Positions 11,978-25,374 of a stretch of 64,000 nucleotides of DNA are shown here, one piece after another. The notes beneath the pieces were generated by a model that worked only from the letters and a program-made list of their open reading frames with translations, made no database searches and was not told where the DNA came from. The stretch is from Dendrobates tinctorius (Eukaryota), in assembly GCF_039654945.1 (NCBI RefSeq), contig NW_027361960.1:17484001-17548000 (forward strand). The letters run 5' to 3'. How positions within the stretch are numbered: the stretch's first letter is position 1; every line of letters begins with the position of its first letter. A program made the position numbers and the translations under genes.

Positions 11978-12607
11978 TATTCACTATTCTGATAACCGTG
12001 TAATGAAGAAACAAGGCACCACAGAATGGTGTATAAAATGAAAATGTACTTTATTGACAATTAAAAACACATAAGATAAGGTGCTGAATACATAAAGAGG
12101 TACAACACAGCCATAGGAAATCCACTAAATTAATGAATACCGACCACGATGGTGGCTGGTTTCACATGCCAGATCAATTAAAAATGCTAATGAGTAACAA
12201 GTGACCACAGCGTCCTATAATATAGTTTAACATGAGCCAAACTGGCATACAAATGTAAAGGCCTAAGCAGCAACTTCTCCCCAAATACACAATTGCCCGT
12301 GCACGTATAACACTGCGTGAATAGAAATATGAAGATACATATCAACATACCAGGGGCAGTTAAGTGGAGATCCACGGACGTCCCTCTGCCATGACGCGCG
12401 TTTCGCACAGCTTCTTCAGGAGGCGTATAAGACGCTGTGGTCACTTGTTACTCTTTAGCATTTTTAATTGTTGATTAATCTGGCATGTGAAACCAGCTAC
12501 TATCGTGGTCGGTATTCATTCATTTTGTGGATTTCCTATGGCTGTGTTTATTTAGCATTCTGTGGTATCTTGTTTCTTCATTACACGGTTATCATAATAT
12601 TGAATAG
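11978..12607. mobile_element. Fold-back Penelope-like non-autonomous element
   Basis: Arms ~11978-12218 and ~12426-12607 are reverse complements. Minus-strand AATAAA at ~12050. Hammerhead motif in the spacer. Confidence 0.7.
12388..12426 (-). ncRNA. Minimal type I hammerhead ribozyme motif
   Basis: Minus strand: GCCUC-CUGAAGA-A-GC UGU GC-GAAA-CGCGCG-UC-AUGGC. Core intact, palindromic stem III, two stem I mismatches next to the core. Confidence 0.65.
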
Positions 12608-12841
12608 CTGATTCTGTGGTATATAGTATCCCCAAGATTGATGGGGTTTATTAACATTTGGGGCATATTTGTGATTTAATGTATGAGAAGGGGAGGTGTG
12701 ACCACTGAGCCCAAGAATGAGGGTATCCAACCTAGTGAAATAGACTGAAATCAAGGGGGAATGCAGAGTATCACCATGGCGATGCCCACCAGACATTTAA
12801 TGCACCATCAGTTGATATGTCATGAAGTGTTAACTCCTTAA

Positions 12842-13392
12842 ATAGGTTTTCCCCACAAACAAAGCACATTTTAATTCACAGATCTTGGAATAAAAATTCC
12901 ACAACTGGATGTGAAGTGTTAAATAAATGTTCCTGTGCTGAGATAATCTTATAAATGCGTTCCTGCTGTGCACTGTGTAATGACTGTGTCTGTCTGTGCA
13001 GGAACATGGTCTGATCATACCACAGCTCCTGGGCAGGGGGAGAGCAAAAGAGTATACAGGCAGGACAGCATAGGATCACAGATTATTCTTTTTGTGAAAT
13101 AAAACATTTACCTGCCTGTTTTTAAGCAATGCTTTACCTCAAAGAATCAGCTGTGATCCCATGCTGTCCTGTCTGTATACTCTTACTTCCTCCCCTGCCC
13201 AGAAGCTGTGGTGTGATCAGACCATGTTCCTGTACGGTCAGACACAACCAGTACACAGTACACAGCAGGGGCACATTTATAAGATTATCTCAGCACAGGA
13301 ACATTTTATTTAAACACATCCAATTGTGGAAAAGATTACCATTCAAAGATCTGTTGATTAAAATTTATTTTGTTCATGGGAAAACTTTTTTT
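12842..13392. mobile_element. Palindromic T2-type MITE
   Basis: Arms cctgtgctgagataatcttataaatg / catttataagattatctcagcacagg, with TTAA at the left end. Confidence 0.75.
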
Positions 13393-14055
13393 TAGCTTGA
13401 CATACAATTTTACTATAAAACTATGCCAACAATCCTGAATAGCCTATAAAAAGTGTGGTATTTACAAGAGAATAAAATATTAAAACTCTACAATAGATAC
13501 ATTCTGTGCTAGAAGACTGATAAGCTGAGCAAGAACAGAAAAATTACTAAAACTAAAAGCCTGCATGTACAGAAAAAAGGGTGTGCAATCCTTGCCTTTA
13601 TTTTGGCTATGCTCCAGTGAATATTCAAAAGGACAGCAGTTCAAGGAGAGAGGAAAAAAAAAATCACAGCATGGTTATTCCCTGCGTGGCTTAGAAAGGA
13701 AATGTCTGATTGCTGAAGAGCTAGCACGTAAATCAACACTGATCAGGATCAATCAAGCCGAGGTGAACACAGACGTAGTTTTCAATTCCAAGTCACACTC
13801 GCAAAGCTGTGTCACAGCCCCAACACACGAAAAACAAGCCAAGCTCCATATATACCGATTTATTCTCCCCGAGTGAGGACACTAGGACAAGTAGGTACCC
13901 CGCACACCGAGAAACTCCTAAACAATGTGCCCTTATTTCATCAGAATGACACAGACGCCATGGCCATTCTATTCCTTGTGATTAATGCAGGGAGTAATGA
14001 GAATATGCACAGTCCCCAATAATGAGAGCGCTGGGATATTTCTAACATTTCTAAC

Positions 14056-15124
14056 TGCTGCAGGGGGAATGTTAGGTGTAACCAGTGCCAGATGAAGGCC
14101 GACACTGTCTGATTCATCGTATGTAGCCAGGACTGATGTTGCAGGGGGAATGTTAGGTGTAATCAGTGCCGGATAAAGGCCGACACTGTCTGATACATCG
14201 TATGTAGCCAGGACTGATGCTGCAGGGGGTATGTTAGGTGTAACCAGTGCCAGATGAAGGCCGACACTGTCTGATACATCGTATGTAGCCAGGACTGATG
14301 CTGCAGGGGGAAGGTTAGGTGTAACCAGTGCCGGATAAAGGCCGACACTGTCTGATACATCGTATGTAGCCAGGACTGATGCTGCAGGGGGTATGTTAGG
14401 TGTAACCAGTGCCGGATAAAGGCCGACACTGTCTGATACATCGTATGTAGCCAGGGCTGATGCTCCAGGGGGTATGTTAGGTGTAACCACTGCCGGATGA
14501 AGGCCGACACTGTCTGATACGTCGTATGTAGCCAGGGCTGATGCTCCAGGGGGTATGTTAGGCGCAACCAGTGCCGGATGAAGGCCAACACTGTCGGATA
14601 CATCGCATATAGCCAGGGCTGATGCTGCAGGGGGTATGTTAGGTGTAACCAGTGCCGGATGAAGGCCGCCACTGTCGGATACATCGCATGTAGCCAGGGC
14701 TAATACTGCAGGGGGTATGTTAGTGTGTTAGGTGTAACCAGTGCCGGATGAAGGCCGACACTGTCGGATACGTCATATGTAGCCAGAGCTGATGCTGCAG
14801 GGGGTATGTTAGGCGCAACCAGTGCCGAATGAAGGCCAACACTGTTGGATACATCGTAAGTAGCCAAGGTTGATGCTCCAGGGGGTATGTTAGGTGTAAC
14901 CAGTCCCGGATGAAGGCCGACATTGTCGGATACATCGTAAATAGCCAAGGCTGATGCTCCAGGGGGTATGTTAGGTGTAACCAGTGCCGGATGAAGGCCA
15001 ACACTGTCGGATACATCGTAAATAGCCAAGGCTGATGCTCCAGGGGGTATGTTAGGTGTAACCAGTGCCGGATGAAGGCCAACACTGTCGGATACATCAT
15101 AAATAGCCAGGGCTGATGCTGCAG
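14056..15124. repeat. 81-bp minisatellite, about 13 copies
   Basis: Unit gctgcagggggtatgttaggtgtaaccagtgccggatgaaggccgacactgtc... with period 81 (14071, 14152, ...). One 7-bp insertion near 14723. Confidence 0.95.
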
Positions 15125-16539
15125 CCCATGACCTATTCAGCAGCAGCTCATGTACACGGATCAATTGCATTTACACAGCAATTGCAAATCCCTATCTGTA
15201 CTGAACAATGGCTAAAGCCATCCTTGCTTCTGTTGATGAATGTGAATAAATGTAGATTTAGGGGATTTAACCGACTTGTCTAATCTGGGCTGCATTATTG
15301 TTAAATGCATTTTTTCTCTCTGCTTCTAAAGCCTCCATGCACCTGTTCTGTGGGGCGAGTGCGGTAGCTAGCGCCGGCCTGTTTTGGTTAGATTAGTTTC
15401 GTGTTGATAAGACAATCATTCAGAGCCCCTGGAACAGTCTGCAGTGACCTTTTGATGAGAGTGCAATATGAATGAAAATTATTTTTGTAATCCTTAGGGA
15501 TTCTGCACGATTATTTGTAGGCATTTGTGGCTCTATATTTGCCTTTGCAGAGCAATACAGAGAAGAAAAAAAAAAAAAAAAAAGGATGAAACTGCAAAGG
15601 AAAGATATCAGGGAATGCTTTTTCTGCCGGCTCAGAGAGGGAGAGCAAGATTCAGCGGCAACCTTCCACTCTGCTCTTGACCTTCCCAATCAGCATCAAT
15701 TGAACTCATTACAAACTTATACACTGGGGTCTTCAACGCTGCCACGCATACGCAAGGGGAGTCAGGTGGTAGAGACCGATAATCTAAAACTCAAAAATAC
15801 TACACATAAAATCCCTACAGCAGGATAAACTAATCAAACTTAAGAAAATAGTGTAGTAAAGAGTTGCTGACATACACTAATACAGGCACGCACACCTAAG
15901 ACATTCAGCAATTCACACTACAAAAACAGTTTGTCCGAGTGATGCACAACACTTGTTCCACGTATCACAGAATCAATAGTATAAAAATAATACACTAACA
16001 TCACAAAACAAACCACCAACTGACATGTTGATAGTGTGTACTCAAGTGGCCCCGTCATATTAGGTAAAGGGAACAGAAGCCTCACCAGAGTCACCACCTT
16101 CGCCTGGAAATGTTTATTTTGGAGGTCCATTTTGTCATACAATCCATTCTTTGCGGGGAATTACCAAAAGCTCCCTACAAACACCATCTACAGTGTAAGC
16201 CAGGTCAGGCTTTGGTCAGTAGCTTTACTTTGACCTCTTCCCTCCACAGCCAGTTTTCATTTTTGCCCTCTTGTTTTAACTTTCACTTCTTCCAAGAACC
16301 ATAACGTTTTTTATTTTTCTATCCACATAGCCCACACATGCAAACTCTGACCCGTGGGCTAAATTTGTCCTGCAATACCAGGCATGCCCCCTTTGTTGGC
16401 ATCTCAGATGCCCATACAGTTGAAAGCAATGCCTGAGAAGGGAGTGCCAGCTGACGTTCCCTCCGCCATCATTCTCCTAACGTCTCCGTGCAGCAGGGGC
16501 GATGTCATTACATAATAACCGCAGGAAGATTAAATGGAT

Positions 16540-18815
16540 CCCACTGATCTGTTTTTGTGACATTGTACTTCAGGATAGTGGTAAAAAAAATTTTTTTGAA
16601 AAATGTGAAACTTCATTTTTATGCCCTTAAACCAGAGAGTTGTATTTCATGTAAAGTAGTTAATACATAACATTTAACGTGTACTTTACATCACCACAAT
16701 TTTTTTTTTGTTAGGATGTTAGAAGTTGACCAGCAAGTTCTCATTTTTCCAACAAAATTTACAAAATCATTTTTTTTTAGGGACCACATCACATTTGAAG
16801 TCACTTTCAAGGGGCCTATATAATAGAAGATATCCAAAGTGACACCATTCTAAAAACTGCACCCCTCAAGGTGCTCAAAACCACATTCAAGAAGCTTATT
16901 AACCCTTTAGGTGCTTCACAGGAATTTTTACAATGTTCAAGGAAAAAATGAACATGCTTTTTTTTCACAAAAATTTAGCTTTAGAACCCAAATTTATTTT
17001 TACAAGGGTAAACAGAGAAAATGGACTACAACATTTCTGCAATTTCTCCTAATTAACACTGATACCCTATATGTGGTTGAAAACGACTTGAGGCAGAGTG
17101 TATAGCTCAGACAGAAAGAAGTGCCATATTGGAGTTCAGATTTTGCTGGTATGGTTTGAGGGTGCCATTTCACATTGGCAAAGGCCCTGAGGTGCCAGAA
17201 TAGAAGAAAACCCCCATTAGTGACCTCATTTTACAAACTACCATCTCAATGAATTCATCTAGGCGTGCAGTGAGCATGTTGACAGCACATATTCCTCATA
17301 CAATTTTATACTAATGGGCGGTAAAGAAAGAATAATTACCGTACATATTTAACACAAATGTTTTAGCTCCGAGTTTTTAATTTTTCTAAGGGCCAATAGG
17401 AAAAAATGAACCTCAGTTTGTTGTAAAAATTTATTTTGAGTGTGCCAATACCCTACATGTAACTCAATAAGTACTTTTGAATTACAGTGCATAGCTCAGA
17501 AGGAAAACCACGCCATCTTACAGTGCAGATTTTACGGTCATCGTTTGCGGGTGACATTTGGATTTGAGAGCGCAAAATTTATTTTGGGGAACAAGGAGCC
17601 ATTTCGCTTTTCCAGAACCTTTGAGCCATCGTGGAATGTGGAAGCACCCTATATTTCCATTGGACAGATGATGGACTTGAGTCTTTTGTGGGTTGAGTTG
17701 AAACTTTTATTGGGAATATTTTACATAACATTTTGGATCACTTATCCTGCATTGCCATCTAAATCTCCGAGTGACGCGATTTTTATTATTAGGTTTAATG
17801 TTTGGTTGCTGTCACACACCAAGACAAGCAAAAATTTTTAAATAATTCTGCTGACAATCATGTGAAGACTTGTTTTTTTGCGTGGCGATTCAATGTTTTT
17901 ATTGGTACTATTTTGGGGCTTATGACATTTTTTGATCACTTTCTATTCAGAGTTTTTGGAGGCAGAATGAACAAAAAAACATCAATTCATGAATTTTTGG
18001 GGCTTTTTTATGAGGTTCCACATGTCAAAAAAATGATAAGGCAATGTTATTCTTCAGTTAAGTACAAATACAGTAATGTCACATTCATATTTAAGTTTTG
18101 GCGCTTTTACACAAAAACAATTTTATAGAAAAATTTTCTTGCATTGCTATATTTTTCCGCTGATGGAGCTGACGTTTTCAGAGATAACATTTCTATTTAC
18201 GTTTGTCTTTAGGATTGCATTTTCTTCCACTTTTTGTTCGGCGGTATGATAAAGCATCATTTTTTTTGCCTTTTTTATGGTATTCACTGAAGGTCACTAG
18301 GTGTGACCGTGTGACTTTTCTTAGGGCGCATCATTCTGGACATGGCAATGCCAAATGTGTACTTTTGTCTTTTCTTCATTAAAATATTTATGGGTACCAT
18401 ATATTTATAAATTTACAACTTTTTTTTTACTTTTCTGCATTTCTATGCTTTGCAACTTTCAGTGCAGTGCTGCACTGACAAGTTAGATCATGTGCAGTGC
18501 ATTAACTGACTTGCTAGAGCCTTGGACCTGGATGTCGTCCCAACATCGGGTCACCATGGCAACCATTGGACCCCCGCAATAACGCCGATTGAAGGGCAGA
18601 GGGGGCTCACTCCCTTTTCTTGCCTCCTAAATGCTACGATTGATGGCTAGCGCAGCACTTAATCGGTCATCCTGGCAATAAGTGGCTGGTGTCAGCTGTG
18701 ATATGTGATTTGTGTGCGCACAAAATCGCCCGAACGTATCTATGCATCCAAAGTTGGTAAGTACCTACTGATCTGGATGGACATATGGATACGCAAAAGG
18801 TTGTGAAGGGGGTTA
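16540..18815. mobile_element. Large decayed non-autonomous DNA element, piggyBac-like right end
   Basis: Ends ...ggttgtgaagggggtta (CCCCTT-type TIR next to a TTAA-like site). Internal degenerate direct repeats, no transposase ORF. Left boundary uncertain. Confidence 0.4.
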
Positions 18816-20513
18816 TACTGTGTTGACCACTATACAGGGGGCAATTATAATGTATGGAAAGCAATGGAGGGTCCATTATACTGTATGGAGGACTATGCGG
18901 GGTCCATTATTCTGCGATAAGGACTGTTACTATTACAGTTGGGGAATCATACTGTGATGGGTCACCATACTTTGATTTTGGGGTGGGGGCGGTACAGTAG
19001 GTTCATCATACCGTGCATAATGAGAGCGTCTTACTGTGTTTGGGGGCACTTTTGTTGGCATATCTGCATTATTTAAGGTTTTTCCGTCCTTTGCGATTAC
19101 TTATTTAAAATAGGCCATTGAGCCATATGCTTTTATTCCAATATGCTAAGATCTATTCATTAAAATGTGATTTGTTTGTGGAACAACCCCTTTAAGCTCT
19201 GGAAAAACAGGAAAAAATTGTAAGTGTAGTGAAACGGAGACAAAAATGCTACTCTGCCATGGGTTTTTTGGGTATGGTATTTATGGCATAAATTATGTAG
19301 TATAAATTACACTGAATGATTATGGACTTTCCACATATGTATAGATTTTTTTAATTTACATGGAGAAGAAGAAATTCAGAAATGGGCAAGTAAATTTTTC
19401 GGTTTGTGTTGTCATGAGTCCCATAACATTTTTGTTTTCAGTCAACTGTGCTGCACGAGGGCTTTTTTTGTGTGATAAGCTGATCGTTTCATTGATACCA
19501 TTTTTCACTACATATATTTTGATGTGCTTTTACGGTTTTTTTTTTTTTTTTTTTTAGGGAGGAGTGGTAATAAAAGAAAAAAGAAAGCATTTCTGGCATT
19601 TGGATATTTTTTTCTTATTACAGCGTTTACCGATCAGATTAATTTCATATTTTGTTTGGACTTTTACAAACGAAGAGATACCAAATATGTTTTTTTTTTT
19701 GCTTCTGTATTTTGAATTGGGAAAAAGGAGCAATTCACTCATTTTTATTTTGAAATTTTTTTCAACTTTTTTTTTTTATCTCCGTACGAGACTTGAAACT
19801 GTTATCTGATTGCTTATACTATATACTGCGATACCGATGTATATTTATCCATACATGAAAAACACTGATAAAACATGGATGACACACGGATCTAAAACAC
19901 TGATGACAATTTTTTGGCGTACATGAAAAACACCTACATCTGATTGACAGACACACTGCTAGATGTTACTTCTATGTTATGCTGTGAGGTTCTGATTGCA
20001 GTATGGATCTCCTACAACCATTGGGGATTGCTTACTCCATTGCAGCTGACATGCTGTGTTTTGCAAATTAAAATTGGATATATGGAAGGACTATGGGCAA
20101 CACTGTAAGGGCTCATACAAACGTATGTGGATCTCAGTCTGATCACTGATCAGCCGCTGGTCTTTCAACCAAAGCTTAACAGTTTCATATATGTTTCTAT
20201 GAGGCTGTCGCGCTTGGGTCGGAAGACCCGCAGCCACTTCGTGCATTAAAGTCTGTGATCGCACAGAGATCCACGGACGCTTGCATGAGCCATTACACTG
20301 TAAAGCATTAAGTCACTTGCTGATATCCTTAAATTAGTAATCTTGCAAGTCACACACTGGTTACTGAGGCTGTTTTTTTTATCATACTTGTCCTCTGCGG
20401 AAGCGTTTTTCAGCAGCCTTATCAACAAAGACAGGATTAAAATGTCTCTATAAGAAGCTGATAATTCAGGACCCATCAGTCACAATAGGGGAGGTCTCAG
20501 CTCTCCCTCTCTT

Positions 20514-20858
20514 TAGGGTGTGTGCACACGTTGCAGATTATGCTGCGGAATTTTCAGCGCAGATATGTCTAAATCCGCAGGTCAAAAGACCTGCGGATTA
20601 GCCTGCGGTTTTCCCCAGCGGTTTGACACCCGTCATGGAGCAGGTGCTAAACCGCTGCGGAATCCACACAAAGTGACATGCTGCGGACTTAACACCGCAG
20701 CAAATCCGCGTGGAAAATTCCACACCGTGGGCACTACGGTTTTCATTTTACATAGATTAAAAGGGTACTGTACACCGCAACAGAGACTGCTGCGGATCCG
20801 CAGGGCCAATCCAGCTGCAGACCGGCAGCAGAATCTGCAACGAGTGCACACACCCTTA
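20514..20858. mobile_element. Harbinger-type MITE (family also at 33712-34048, 37215-37530, 40278-40608)
   Basis: tta-gggtgtgtgcacacgttgcag ... ctgcaacgagtgcacacaccc-tta, with ccgcag/ctgcgg-rich interior. Confidence 0.85.
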
Positions 20859-23727
20859 CAATGACCTTCGCGCTGGTCTATTCAACACCAACACAAAAGA
20901 TAGCATCAGAGTCCAATCATCTTGACTAGGTACATGTGTTGCTTCCTGAAACAAAAGAAAGTTAAGAGTAAAAATAAAGGACTAGCAACAAGGGTTGAAA
21001 TTGCAAGAGCTCCATTTGTTATTTTTAAAAGAAGCGATACAAAATACATATTGAATGAGATATACAGTGTGGTTGGGGACTTGGCCTGTACAAAATTATA
21101 TTAGCACTTTACCTGTTACCATTACAGATCTTGAGAATATAACATTTGTATTCAAATTAGGGAGCTATGGTGCACCCTTGGCATGGGCTCGGATATAAAG
21201 TATGTGCGGCTCCTGAGTTTACTCCATCACCAAACTGATGGCAGTAGGGATAATCACCTATGAGAATAGTGTATTATTATTTGTGGCAGTAAGTATAATG
21301 ACCTTTTGGGTGTTGTAGTAAATTTGAGTGCACGTATTTGCTCTCCGTTGTCTCCTTTTCTCTGAAGCCACTTGCTACACTTCTGTGCGTATTCGTGTAG
21401 CGAGGGAAAGAACTTGCATTGTGCCAAGCCCCCTCCTTTGCACACAAATTACGGTATGTTATTTTCTCAGGCACTGTCCACTAACAGGTACCATGTTAGT
21501 ATGGTTTGTATACAGGATAGTTCCCCATAACACTCTGTAGCTCATTTAAAACAGATTTTGAATGTGACACTTTGGTAACAGATTCTGATACATTTAAAAA
21601 ATTGCCAAAAATTAGGATATTTAACACAAAAATCTGATTTAATAAACCCTTCTCTGATGATCGGTTCTCTTTAAAATTAATTTTTAATTTGCACAAACTA
21701 TATCACAGGATTGCAAGGTATAATGTAACATTGGAAGGAAGGATGGTGGAACAGTGTGACAAAGCATTCGCCTCCTAAACACCTTCTCAAGGAAAGTTCC
21801 AACTAATAATGCCATCATGCAAAAGTGAACAAAGCAGAGTCAATTATGGTAAATAGGCCATTTACATGTGTTATCAATACTATGAAAGGACTGAAGGAAA
21901 GTCTGAGCAGAAGGTAAATATTTGCATTTCAATGAGATGACAGATAAAAGTAATGCAGGTTTCTGGATCTTCTTATTAACATTATGAACATTTTCTTTAA
22001 GAAAACAAAAACAATCTAAATGCAGAAGGCGGCGATAAACTAGGTGCAGGATACAACATTTCTGGGCATCTATACAAGGGATGCAAAATTACTAATAGGT
22101 AGAAAGCAATGGGATCATAACCCAACAGTAACCAAGCAGGAGAGAAGGAAATGCCTCCCTTAATTCCACAAGTCCAGACCCTGGAAAAACTGACTAACAG
22201 ACACATTGTCTTTTTGAGCAAATGCTTGTCCTTCCAAACATGTGACCTTAGCTGTCAGCGCTAGTGATAAGACCACCAGCTGCTTGGTTTTCTCCCAGAG
22301 CTACAATACATTCTCTTCCTTTTTTAGGGCACTGCACCCCTGCAACAAACAGAAGGGCTTAGAACAGCTGCTAGAATGTCACAAACCTATATATTTAGCT
22401 CTGAGCTCATTTCTCGCCACGCTTGGAGTCATACTCCTAATGTCCCTATTTACTCCACTCTGTCAACATTTCTGCCTAAAGAGATAAAAAGTGAGTGAGC
22501 AAGTAGCCACCAGAATAAGTCACAAAAAAGAATAAACATAAAAAGGGCCATCCATTCTCACAGCTGATCTGCAGACATGTGAACTGGAAAGAGGTGTGCT
22601 GACACACACGAGCTCCTGTATACACAGGTTTATGTCTGACAATTGCTTCTGTCACCATGTCGAAGACCTACTCAATATTTGACATCTGCACCATAGCATG
22701 AAACAGAAGGGTGTGGAGGGAGACCGTCACAGGTCGCCAAAGGTGGTCACCATCAACGCGGCTGCTCTCAGAAAGGGCATTTTATTTGATGTCGGAATAA
22801 CTGAGGCCACTGTATTCTAAGAGGAACCTTGGACCATTCACTGCACAATGTAAATGTAACTCGGTGGTTAATGCAATTCACTAGAATTACTATCTATTTT
22901 TTTTTATGCCATTTGCCATGTTTGAGGCCGTTGGGACACTTGCGACCCACGAAGTTCACATCCAAAAGCAGTCAGCTAAGAAGAAAAATTGTCAGCATGT
23001 CCGGGACTTCTAGTCAGTAGAGCATGACCTCGTCCCGCACATCACACTGTGGACAGCGCCTCAGACTGTGGTGAAAAAAAAAGCCTTACATTTTGTTCTG
23101 CCTCCTGTGGCAACGTTTCGGTCCATGCTTGAAAAAGCACACTCAGCATGTGGACATCTGAATCTAGGACATCTTTGACCTTGCTTTGTTTTACCCTCCA
23201 ACTATGCACCCAGTTATAAAACAAGATCCATAGAGCTTTCAGCCATGGGTGAACTTTAGGAGATACAGACAAATTCCTTACATTTCTACATGTGATGACA
23301 AAGCTATAAAAATGCTTAAGAGCTCATCATTTCAAAGCAACACAAACGAAATGCTAAGAATTAGAGATATGTATATACATGTACATCAGGGAATAAAGCC
23401 TACAGGTGCAAGCTGCATTCAGCGCGCGCAGGGGGTGAGAGGAGGGCTCTGCTTCTGACTCAACCCTTTTCACTTCCTTTTTTCTACTCTGTTATAACTT
23501 CCCTCCCAACATTTCTTATTTCTCATCCCGCTTAGGCTTCCATTCAGACAGATACATTTCATGGGTAGATTACTAACCAAGTAGTATCATTTCTCCTTGC
23601 GGAGATTGACAGGCTAAGATGAGGAGACTAAAGGGGCCTTTAGATAAAAAAAGACAGCGCCTCAGACTGTGGTGAAAAAAAAAGCCTTACATTTTGTTCT
23701 GCCTCCTGTGGCAATGTTTCGGTCCAT

Positions 23728-23760
23728 GCTTGAAAAAGGTCTTCGGACCGAAACGTTGCC
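23728..23760 (+). ncRNA. Minimal hammerhead-like motif, U3-A8 variant (inverted copy at ~25552-25586)
   Basis: GC-UUGAAAA-A-GGUC UUCG GACC-GAAA-CGUU-GC. Stem II is capped by cUUCGg, stem III is the AACGUU palindrome, stem I is only 2 bp. Confidence 0.55.
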
Positions 23761-23916
23761 ACAGGAGGCAGAATAAAATGTAAGGCTTTTTTTTTTTTTT
23801 TTCACCACTGTCTGAGGCGCTGTCTTTTATTATCTGTTTCCAAGGCAAGCTGTCTGTTCCTGGACGCCGGAAATCTTACTGAAGCCCTGCACATTACACC
23901 GGAAACTTCGGATAAC

Positions 23917-23949
23917 AAACCAGTGTTTCGGGGTACTGCCCCTCATCAG
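23917..23949 (-). ncRNA. Hammerhead ribozyme core (canonical)
   Basis: CUGAUGA-GGGG CAGUA CCCC-GAAAC ACUG GUU. Stem I is weak (2 bp). Confidence 0.65.
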
Positions 23950-23963
23950 TAGGATTGCTACTT

Positions 23964-24040
23964 CCAATAGGTGGCACTAGAGTTCTAGTCGTCTTCCTCT
24001 CTGAAGAGACAATTTGCATATTTCCCAGAGGAGCATTGCA
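23964..24040 (+). promoter_or_regulatory. Repeat-borne CTCF-like site + octamer + SPH(ZNF143)-like motif (copies at 25251-25327 inverted, partial at 26140-26222)
   Basis: CCAATAGGTGGCACT (23964-23978), ATTTGCAT (24012-24019), TTTCCCAGAGGAGCATTGCA (24021-24040). Motif resemblance only. Confidence 0.5.
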
Positions 24041-24356
24041 GCTTTAAAGGGATCTGTCACGCTTTTGTTTTTGCAGCTGCCGGCATTGACGTCAGGGTCT
24101 TATCTACAGCATTCTGTAATGCTGTAGATAAGCCCCGGATGTAACCTGAACGATAAGAAAAACACATTTAAATTATACTCACCGGAGGGGGCGGTCCGGG
24201 CTGAGCAGTGCGCCGGAGCCACTACAGGAAAGGAAGAAGAGGATGGCATCTTGTGAAGATGGGAGGCGCCGGACCGGACCGCGACACCTATCGGACCAGA
24301 CCGCCCCCTCCGGTGAGTATAATTTAACGTCACAAAATCGGTGACGCTTTAGCGAT

Positions 24357-24702
24357 ATCGCTAAAGCGTCACCGATTTTGTGACGCAGCAGCGATAATCG
24401 CTATGTGTGATACTTACCTCCGACCGGCTCCCCCGCTGATTATCGCTGATCGCGCAAGATCGTCCAGTTCCATTTCTCGTCGGGCGCTTTCTGCTGGCGC
24501 CGACGCGTGGACGCGGGCGGGAGGACATCAGGATTGCCGCGTCTGAAAGGTAAGTAACGACCGCTGCTGCGTCGCTACATCGCTGTGAGATCTGCCTGTG
24601 TGACAGCTCACTAGCAACCATTTAGCGATACGACCTGGTCAGGATCGCTGGTGCATCGTTGTCGGGATCGCTGGTGCATCGCTAAATGTAAAGGGGCCTT
24701 TA
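24357..24702. mobile_element. Harbinger-type 'agcgatatcgct' MITE, left end lost
   Basis: Right TIR gcatcgctaaatgtaaaggggccttta is identical to the 44640-44989 copy. Confidence 0.8.
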
Positions 24703-25243
24703 AAGGGAATCTGTCACCTTTTCTTTTGCGTTCTGTAATGCTGTAGATAAGCCCCCGATGTAACCTGAAAGATAAGAAAAACACGTTAGATTATACTCAC
24801 CGGAGGGGGCGGTCTGGTCAGATAGGTGTCGCGGTCCAGGCCGGCGCCTCCCATCTTCACAAGATGCCATCCTCTTCTTCCTTTCCTGTAGTGGCTCCGG
24901 CGCACTGCTCTGCCCTGTTGAGGGCAGAGCAGAGTCCTGCAGTGTGCAGGCATCGGGAGAGGTCAGAGGTCTGGGGCCTGTGCACTGCAGTATTCTGCTC
25001 TGCCCTCAACAGGGCCGAGCAGTGCGCCTGCGCTGGAGCCACTACAGGAAGGGAAGAAGAGGACATCATCGTATGAAGATGGGAGGCCTCGGACCGGACC
25101 GCCCCCTCCGGTGAGTATAATCTAAACGTGTCTTTCTTATCGTTCAGGTTACATCCGGGGCTTATCTAGAGGATTACAGAATGCTGTAGATAAGCCCCTG
25201 ACGTCAATGCCGGCAGCTGCAAAAAAAGGGTGACAGATTCCCT
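24703..25243. mobile_element. Complete T2/Kolobok-type MITE
   Basis: ttaa-agggaatctgtcacc ... ggtgacagattccct-ttaa. Perfect 15-bp TIR with TTAA TSD. Confidence 0.9.
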
Positions 25244-25341
25244 TTAAAGCTGCAATGCTCCTCTGGGAAATATGCAAATTGTCTCTTCAGAGAGGAAGAC
25301 GACTAGAACTCTAGTGCCACCTATTGGAAGTAGCAATCCTA

Positions 25342-25374
25342 CTGACGAGGGGCAGTACCCCGAAACACCGGTTT
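25342..25374 (+). ncRNA. Hammerhead ribozyme core (duplicate copy)
   Basis: CUGACGA-GGGG CAGUA CCCC-GAAAC ACCG GUU. Confidence 0.65.

Noticed and set aside
13969-15170. Repetitive 126-173 aa ORFs resembling a mucin-like protein
   Set aside because: Translations of the 81-bp minisatellite in two frames, broken by a 7-bp insertion. No evidence of an exon.
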